DNA of 63,400 nucleotides, the filler included, from Collodictyon triciliatum (taxonomy: Eukaryota): the NCBI GenBank assembly GCA_043381765.1. It is 8 parts of 8 records of this genome, joined end to end, with 100 filler letters (N's around TTAATTAATTAA, not from the genome) between each part and the next. Parts side by side here need not be neighbours in the genome. Positions count along the whole stretch, not along the records: positions 49,336 to 55,091 come from JBHJMP010002216.1; positions 55,192 to 61,651 come from JBHJMP010002217.1; positions 61,752 to 63,400 come from JBHJMP010002393.1; 5 more parts are not named here. One strand, written 5' to 3'. A program made the position numbers and the translations under genes. The notes beneath the pieces were generated by a model. It made no database searches and was not told the DNA's origin. It saw only the letters and a list, made by a program, of their open reading frames with translations. Positions 55,038-63,400 of the stretch are shown here, in pieces. Every line of letters begins with the position of its first letter. Within the stretch, counting starts at the first letter, position 1.

Positions 55038-58000
55038 CAAAGAAAAAAAAAAATTTTTTTATTTTTTTTGGTTTTTTTTTCTTTTTTTTTTNNNNNNNNN
55101 NNNNNNNNNNNNNNNNNNNNNNNNNNNNNNNNNNNTTAATTAATTAANNNNNNNNNNNNNNNNNNNNNNNNNNNNNNNNNNNNNNNNNNNNTAAAATAAA
55201 TAATTGAACATAAACAAAAAAACAAAATAACTATCAAAAAAAAAAAAAAATAAATCTTTTTTTTTTTTTTTTTTTAGGTTGAGTTCACAGACAACAAGAA
55301 AATCATTGAACTCATAGAGGTCATTTATCCGTTTATTTGCACCGGGCGTGCTATTGTTGCCTCTCAAAAATATTTTGATTAATCAGAGACGGTTTTGCTA
55401 ACAGCATTCTTCACCTACTCTATTTTCACTTGGATACTAAACCAATTTCCTCGTCTCATTCAACAGTCACCCAAAACTGGTATTTTTGCAGAGCTGGACA
55501 ACTCCATTATCCGCAAGCAATTGTCAAATGAGAAGGCCGATGCTGATTTTATGAACAAGGTTGATAAAATTTTCCTTGCAATCGCAATAATGATGTCAAT
55601 ATCATTATTTTTTTTCCTGGTCAGTATCATTAAACTCTTTTCGAGAAATTGAATCTCGATTAAATATAGTTAGGGAAGGTATACCAGAATTCGGATATCT
55701 TCAAGAGAATAAACGGAGAGCCCACCCAATTTTCCATACAGCATTTTGCTGGGAAAGTATGTTTTTGGATCAGCGAAGAATATATAATCTTGAGCTTCGA
55801 TTAGGGAATTGTCATTGATGTAATGAACGGTAATTCAGGTTACCTATGACAGTCGTGGATTTTCTGACAAAAATGCTGATACAGTTCAAAAAACCCTGCG
55901 CGAATGCATTCAGGTGATTTCCGATATTTTCCCCTATTACACATGTCAGTTTTCTTTGTGGAATGAAAAAAATTTTTCTTCCTTTATTCGATTCAAATTG
56001 TGGAATGGAAAATTAATTTTCTAATATCATCTCTATTCGGGGTGGAACATTCTCGTAAATATTGTGTTCATAATTCTATTTGGTGATTGTATCTAATATA
56101 TGTTCATCAACTGCAGTCAACCACAATGGACTTCCTCAAGAAAATCATTCCTCCCTCGTATGGTTTTCTTTGATTAATTTTAAGCATACCGTGGATTGTG
56201 TAATGTTTTGATAAAAACTATTATTATATGACAGGTGGTCCTCTGGTACGAATCTGACCTTCAAGGCAAAATACATCGAGAGAAAAATCTCTTAGATTTG
56301 TTTTATTTATGATCATGTCTCTAAGAATACATTTCTTCCCAAAAAAACAAATCGATAGAACAATCTAGAGTTTCTCAGTTGAGTGGAATCACCTTGTGTG
56401 CGTCATTCAAGGTTAACAGCATTTTCGTATTGATAATTCAAAAAAAATTATTATGTAAGATGCCTGATATTTAGAAGTTTTATTTTATATTACCAAACCT
56501 GCTCCCTTAAAATTCTTTTTTTTTTTTCACTATAGGAGCAACTTCTCACTTTAAAAGAAGATATAATGAAATGTCAAACCCACTTCGTGCGCTGTATCAA
56601 GCCGAATACTAAGAAATCATCGAACGGTACGAGCTTCCATTCAACAAAGTCACCTTTGCTGTGGCTGCCCTATATAATTAGGCTTCATGACAAGAAGTCT
56701 AAATATGTTAATGTTTTTTTTTTGTTTTCTTTTGTTTGGTGGTATCGATATCAAAGTTCAAGCTCCTAATATGTCATTAGATTTTCATGGTATGGAAGTA
56801 CTGAGGCAGCTGTTGTACAGTGGAGTCATCGAAGCAATAAAAATTATGCGTCAATTCTATTCTGTTCGTCTGTCTCACTTATACAATATTTTAAAGTAAG
56901 TTATGCATTTGCTTCCCCATATTAATCCATTTATCGAATGTCACATACTTATTTTCCTACACATAGATTTTTGGGCGAGCAATCCTACGATTGGAGATAC
57001 TGCCTCACAAAATATCTGAACTACAGGCTTCCCTTTTCCACGTATTTTTTATTTACTTTTTTTTCTCTACAGAATTTGTGCATGAATGTTGTGATCGCTC
57101 CATTCGAATTTTCCTATCAATTTTTGTTTTATCATTTTTCTTTGATATTAAAATTCATAATTCAGAGGGAGAACCGCTGCTGATATCCCAGAATCATCGT
57201 ACCGCCAAGTCATTGGGTTTGTAGGGTCCAAAGTCTCGAATGTTATTTTATTTATTTTTTTCGTTCTTACGCTATTGCCCTAATTTCTCTTTCATGGGTA
57301 TTGCTTTAAATAAATAATTCAAAATGTCTGTCAGTGATATCATGGCGGCACTGGGATTGAAGCACAAAGATGATTACCAAGTGGGGAAGACCAAATTGTT
57401 TCTCCGCGATGCTGCAGTTTGTATCATCTCATCTAAACTCACATATATTCTGGAGCAAATTTGTTTTTCAAGGTTTAAAATCCACGGAATAAATATGACC
57501 ATAGAAAATGAAAAGGAAATGGGGCTATTTTTCCTCAATCTTTTTTTTTTTTAAAAAAAAAACTGCCCATTTCTTTTTTCCATGTAACTACAGGCTCGAA
57601 GAATCCCAAATATTTTGAGAAGCTACCAAGGTCTGCATGGCGGGAAAATATCTGGACATCTGAGCTTATCCATGGGTCATCGGAAACAACTGTCAACACT
57701 TTCCCTCCAACGTGGTAAGGATATGGCAGTTGTTAAGGCAGCATGTCTTAATCATCGCATTACACAATACTGAAGGGTGATTCTGTGGTAGATTTTTAAG
57801 TTGAAATGCAATCTCTGTTCCTTCCATTTCAAATAAAAATAGGTGCTATCATGGCCACTTATAAAAGGAAAATGATGGCGCACCTGTCTCCAGATGAACT
57901 ACCTGCTGAGTAATATGACTTTAGTTTTAAAGGAATTATGCGGAAATTTTTTTATTTTAATAATATCAGTAATCGTGCAGTCGATAAGTAATTGCAAAAC

Positions 58001-58371
58001 GGATTTTTCTCAACCCAAAGAGCCGAACTTCACACCTCGCAAACCCAAGCTATCGATGAATCAAAACTAAATGGTGCTCGAAAAATTCTCAAAGGTTTGT
58101 GGAATCAATAACAGAAAATACTAGACATTTTAACCACAATCTCAACCTTGATATTATCCTACAAATAGCGTACAAAACTTACAAAATTAACAAGTGGTTG
58201 AAAATGGTAAGCATTTTATTTCATTATTGGAATAATAAAATATTCTCATCTCTAAACGATACCTCTCGGACTGCCAAATGACGTTAAAAAAATTTTTTTT
58301 TTCATATCAGCTCATCGAATTCTCAGTCACTACGAGAGTTGATCGTCTTGAATTTAGAAACATGAAAAGTA

Positions 58372-58470
<99 letters not shown>

Positions 58471-61419
58471 GAATTGTTTTACCATCTTCGAGTGAGTGGC
58501 TTTCTAACAATTCTGATTTTCTAGAAAAAATCGTGGAGCTTGAAGAACTTTCGGTGGAATTAAGAAAGCAAATTGGTGTTCTTGACAAAAGCAATGAAGA
58601 ATTTCGAGATGAGGCTAGAAACATGCGTGGCGAATTGTCTTCTGTACGAGACAAACTGGTATGCAATGACGTTGTTATTTACTATGTCACTAATTGCAGT
58701 GTGATGTATTAATAATATCTTAATACTATATTCTTTGTTAACCCGTAGGAGAAAGTTACCAATGAGAACGTTTTATTGAAAATGAAAATGTAACACGTCA
58801 GACATATTCCGATTAGGATACTATCATAGATTTACATATCAAACTTTACGAAAATGATAAAAGTATCTGATAATTATTTTTTTGTATGTGTTTTCAGCGA
58901 GACGACCGGAGCAAACACGGAGACTGCAATCAGCCAATATGAAAGAGTCATTCAGGAAAAGAATGTGGAGGTGACTATCTTTCTGGAAATACTTTGCATG
59001 GTGTATTCACTCTGTGCTGATTACGTTACATCCTATTAAATTCATGGTAACTTTAGGTTGAGCAATTGAAGAGTGAAATAGAAGAGCTTAGAAACGATAC
59101 TGATAGTTACATGGACCAAATTGGTAATTAAATTTTCACTTCTTTTTTTTATTGCCTATCCTTTCTTCTTTTTTTTTTTTACCGTCATTTATTTTAACTA
59201 ATTATAGTCATCATTTGCACGAAGGAATAGTTTACTAAAACAAGGAATTATGATGCTTTTTTTTTCAAAGTTTGACTACATATATGATTTTCCCTTCTAA
59301 ACCAATACTACGCAATACAGGGGCACTTCAGCGCGAACTGGGCAATTTAGTTAACGAAAATGACAGGCTTACTCTGCTATATCGTATTGTCCAATCAGCA
59401 AATTTATCATTCTCTGTATTTTATCACTTCATCCCTATTTTCTATTTTAAAATGGATTGGTGTAGGTGAGGCATCTGAAGATAAAGAAAATATCTACAAA
59501 GATTTCATGGTAAAATAAATATACAACTATGTGATATTATGTCTCTTATTAACATTTCTTGATGGCTAGGATTGTGGCAGGAAATTACTGGATTCTGATT
59601 CTTATATTTCTGGTGTGTTGTAAATTGTGATATTTTTCTTTAGATTTAAACTTGAGTAGCGCACTCAGTTTACTGATAATAAAATGTTTTCTATGATTTA
59701 GGATTGCTGGAAAAGAACAAGAGCCTAAGTGATACCATTGAAACATTGACCAAAAAGAACAGGAATCTTCAAGTTGAAGTTGGTCAGCTTCGAGTATCAG
59801 TTACCCAATTCGGGTCATCTGGTCATCAGCAGACAGAGATCTTATCGTCCATGTCCTCGTATTCATTCTCTCGCTTGATACACTTGTCCATTAATTTAGA
59901 AGTTGCATATAAAATCGTGCTATGTAATTGCAATACCCCCAAATGTGCCTTCCTCCTGTGACGCTTTATCTACATCTTGTCAAATATGCTCCAACTTTTA
60001 ATCCTGAAAATTTCTCTGATAAATATCACGCGTAGTTCAAATTTCGGTTCTGCATCATCATCATCTAGCGCTAGTGCTCTGGACTTCTTTCATTCGTAAG
60101 GAGTTTTTGTTTTTTTGTTTTTTGTTTTTTGCTTTATTATATTTCTTTTAAAAAAACGGGTGGAAGTTACGTGTTTCTAACAACATCTGTTTATGCATCC
60201 CTCTTTTTTGTGATACATTCACGTTCCATCTACTTACTGAATAAATGGCAAAACGTGCAGGTGTCGATCTACAGACGTTCACAAGTCGTCTCCAGTTCTC
60301 CAAAAACTTGTTCGCTCAGTAATTTATAGGTATAACTACATGCTCTTTCATCAATATTTGATGAATTTGTCGCATGATTATTATCCTTTGGAAGTCACTA
60401 AGATTTAGGTGAGGTTTTCAGAAAATGGTGAAATATCTTCACAAAAACAAACAAAATTTTAGGACTGGTGCCAAATGTTCTGGTTTCCTGTTTTTCAAGG
60501 AAAAGAGTCTTACTGGATGGAGATGGAGTAAGCTCAGCTTCGCTGAGCTATATGCTGATGGAATTTCAATTTGCCGAAGTGAATCAGACCGAACACCAGT
60601 GTGAGTTTATTCATTCATTCATCTCGGCTACATTAAATGAATGAGAAGCTAAAGAACAATCTTAGGGCCTACATAAGCCTGTATCCTGGAAATCTCAGTA
60701 TAGGGCTCGCTGGAAACCCTCAATTGCCCCCTGGCAGTGGGGGTCCCAATGTAATTTACCTAATTTTCGGAGTATTATTATTTTATTTTATTTTATTTTA
60801 TTTTATTTTATTTTATTTTATTTTATTTTATTTTGGTGAGTAGAAGAAATAATTTGTTGTGAGAATGACCTTGACTATATTTAACACACCTTTTGTATTG
60901 CAGTCAAGAATGAATGCATGGTGCTAATGAGACCACCGCACCGCCTTTACTCTTATTATTATTTTTATTCCTGTAGTGCGTCTTCACCATAGATAAGAAC
61001 AAAAGTCCCCATATGTTTGTCACTACCAAAAGCGATTATATGTCGGAGTGGGCCAGAAAAATCAATTTTAATATCGAACTAGCCAAGTATAATATAGTTT
61101 TTGAACTCCTATCTTATTGTTAGATGGTTTAATTTTGACTGCTTTAAATTTGAATCTTAGTAAGAGTGCTTGTTTTCTTTGATATTAACAGGTATGTGGA
61201 ACAATGTTTCTTGGAGAAGAAGGAGCCTGGTAATTTTGTTAAACTCTGCATGTTGCACTTAAATTTATTGAAAAACATCGGACTGAATTTATTCTTGCTT
61301 GCAAAATCGATTCAGATTCCCGCGTATTGAGACTCTTGGAAAGCGAGAAGAATACTTCTATCAGCTTGGCTGGCCATGGCATTACAAGCTACACTGTCAA
61401 ATTCTTGCAGCATATCAAA
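50481..61419 (+). CDS. Divergent unconventional myosin: SH3-like N-terminus, motor, degenerate IQ, coiled coil, PH, probable start of RI-like LRRs; 3'-truncated
   Basis: More than 40 exons. Motor motifs: [126 protein letters not shown]...MSEWARKI. Confidence 0.93.
54501..54524 (-). mobile_element. Ultra-short retroposon insertion, copy 4, next to a myosin splice donor
   Basis: T9-CCTTTATTCGATTCA. Exact 15-bp repeat TGTTAGTTTCTCGAT at 54486-54500 and 54531-54545, extendable to 26 bp with 2 mismatches. Confidence 0.85.
55975..55997 (-). mobile_element. Ultra-short retroposon insertion, copy 5, in a myosin intron
   Basis: TTTCTTCCTTTATTCGATTCAAA flanked by TTGTGGAATGAAAAAAATT (55956-55974) and TTGTGGAATGGAAAATT (55998-56014). 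Confidence 0.75.
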
Positions 61420-61523
61420 GTATGTACTTTTCAATCTTTCTCCAAACCTAAAAACTCCACAGCTCCGTGAACTCGAATTGAATACGCAACCTCGACGTGT
61501 TTTTACTGATTTTTTAATTGGTA

Positions 61524-61634
<111 letters not shown>

Positions 61635-61841
61635 TACCAAAAAAATTAGGANNNNNNNNNNNNNNNNNNNNNNNNNNNNNNNNNNNNNNNNNNNNTTAAT
61701 TAATTAANNNNNNNNNNNNNNNNNNNNNNNNNNNNNNNNNNNNNNNNNNNNTATTCTATTTTATTCTATTTTATTCTATTTTATTCTATTTTATTCTATT
61801 TTATTCTATTTTATTCTATTTTATTCTATTTTATTCTTTTA

Positions 61842-62069
61842 CGTCAGACTTAAGAAGGTGAGCTGCAACAAACCTCCTTCCCTCGAAGGGGTATACACCC
61901 ACATACTCTGGAGCCAATTATGCGAGCTTTCAGGCGCACTTGCTGACAGCATAGAAACCTGCGCCGAGCTGGAGTTCCCTCCGAACACAAACACCCGCGA
62001 CCCGTCTGAGCAACTCGCGTGATGTGTGCGCGGCTGAAAAACGTGTTCGAGCCACTCGCCGAGAAGAAC
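61842..62069 (-). CDS. Kelch-repeat protein exon (partial gene)
   Basis: W...FQPRTHHASCSDGSRVFVFGG...LQSMWVY matches the kelch pattern PR..H......++VFGG. Confidence 0.65.
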
Positions 62070-63204
62070 NNNNNNNNNNNNNNNNNNNNNNNNNNNNNNN
62101 NNNNNNNNNNNNNNNNNNNNNNNNNNNNNNNNNNNNNNNNNNNNNNNNNNNNNNNNNNNNNNNNNNNNNNNNNNNNNNNNNNNNNNNNNNNNNNNNNNNN
62201 NNNNNNNNNNNNNNNNNNNNNNNNNNNNNNNNNNNNNNNNNNNNNNNNNNNNNNNNNNNNNNNNNNNNNNNNNNNNNNNNNNNNNNNNNNNNNNNNNNNN
62301 NNNNNNNNNNNNNNNNNNNNNNNNNNNNNNNNNNNNNNNNNNNNNNNNNNNNNNNNNNNNNNNNNNNNNNNNNNNNNNNNNNNNNNNNNNNNNNNNNNNN
62401 NNNNNNNNNNNNNNNNNNNNNNNNNNNNNNNNNNNNNNNNNNNNNNNNNNNNNNNNNNNNNNNNNNNNNNNNNNNNNNNNNNNNNNNNNNNNNNNNNNNN
62501 NNNNNNNNNNNNNNNNNNNNNNNNNNNNNNNNNNNNNNNNNNNNNNNNNNNNNNNNNNNNNNNAAAAAAAAAGCCACATACTAGACTCTGGTGAATGAGA
62601 TGTCTGTATTACCAGAGTGAAGACCAACATGACTTGTCTGGCAAATAGTAATAGTTCTAATCTACAGGAAACAGATGCAGCCATCAGGATTCCTTTTTGT
62701 ACCCAGCCACGGAACGCAAGCACAGCTGCACCAAACGCGCTCCTCGATCGCAACGCATGCAGTTATTATTTCATTTTATATGCGTAAAATCATTTTATTC
62801 ACCCATATCGTACGGGAAAAAAAAAAGGAGAGCAGGTTACTTTTGTTGGTGCTGGGGTGTTTCGTTCTTTGCTGCCTTTTCAAGCGTGCTTATCTCTTGT
62901 CTAACTGAACTTGAATGCTAGACATATGCTTCCTATGGCTCGGCAGCCTTTTCCATGCCGCAAAGTCACCGCCACCCACAAACGATGCTGACTTCGTCCT
63001 CAAATGCAGTCCGGTCGCCTCGGAATAGTGTTGCCCTACCGCCACAATCATTTTCTCATGGGCATGCTTCTCTGTCGCAACATATGCAAGTAAGCCGAAT
63101 TCATCAACTTAGCTATTCTTCAGTTTTCACCTCAGCAAAAGCATTTTGCATTTGCGAATTCGATAGTCATAAAATGGATTGCAGCTCATGTTTGATTTTT
63201 GTGT

Positions 63205-63400
63205 TTTTATGTTTTTTATGTCTTTTTTTATGTCTTTTTTATGTCTTTTTTATGTCTTTTTTTATGTCTTTTTTTATGTCTTTTTTTATGTCTNNNNNNN
63301 NNNNNNNNNNNNNNNNNNNNNNNNNNNNNNNNNNNNNNNNNTTATGTCTTTTTTTATGTCTTTTTTTATGTCTTTTTTTATGTCTTTTTTTATGTCTTTT
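63205..63400 (+). repeat. (TTTTTTTATGTC)n tandem repeat
   Basis: Directly visible. Confidence 0.9.

Overview
Draft-assembly DNA from an intron-rich, microsatellite-rich microbial eukaryote. It uses the standard code, GT-AG introns and at least two probable GC-AG introns. Seven artificial N44-TTAATTAATTAA-N44 spacers occur. Five are ~12.3 kb apart and probably join unrelated scaffolds, so gene order across them is meaningless; the one at 55136 lies inside a myosin intron. Manually spliced genes include a GEM/GRAM protein, Enhancer of polycomb, an LRR-LRR-coiled-coil-pseudokinase-SAM protein, a PTEN-C2-WD40 fusion, a VASt-coiled-coil-GRAM protein, a 4E-BP, a stand-alone peroxisomal ACAD10/11-type kinase, an orphan CHASE membrane sensor, a PH protein and a divergent myosin with a coiled-coil-PH-(LRR) tail. 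Two patterns stand out. (1) An unannotated poly(A) retroposon family is present as five ultra-short insertions (11-19 nt plus A-tail) with target-site duplications and one ~240-bp parent-like copy whose residual ORF ends in a PIP-box-like motif. (2) In three GC-rich exons, synonymous third positions flip abruptly from almost all G to almost all C about 0.45-0.55 kb after the ATG. All gene models are by-eye reconstructions with no database support.
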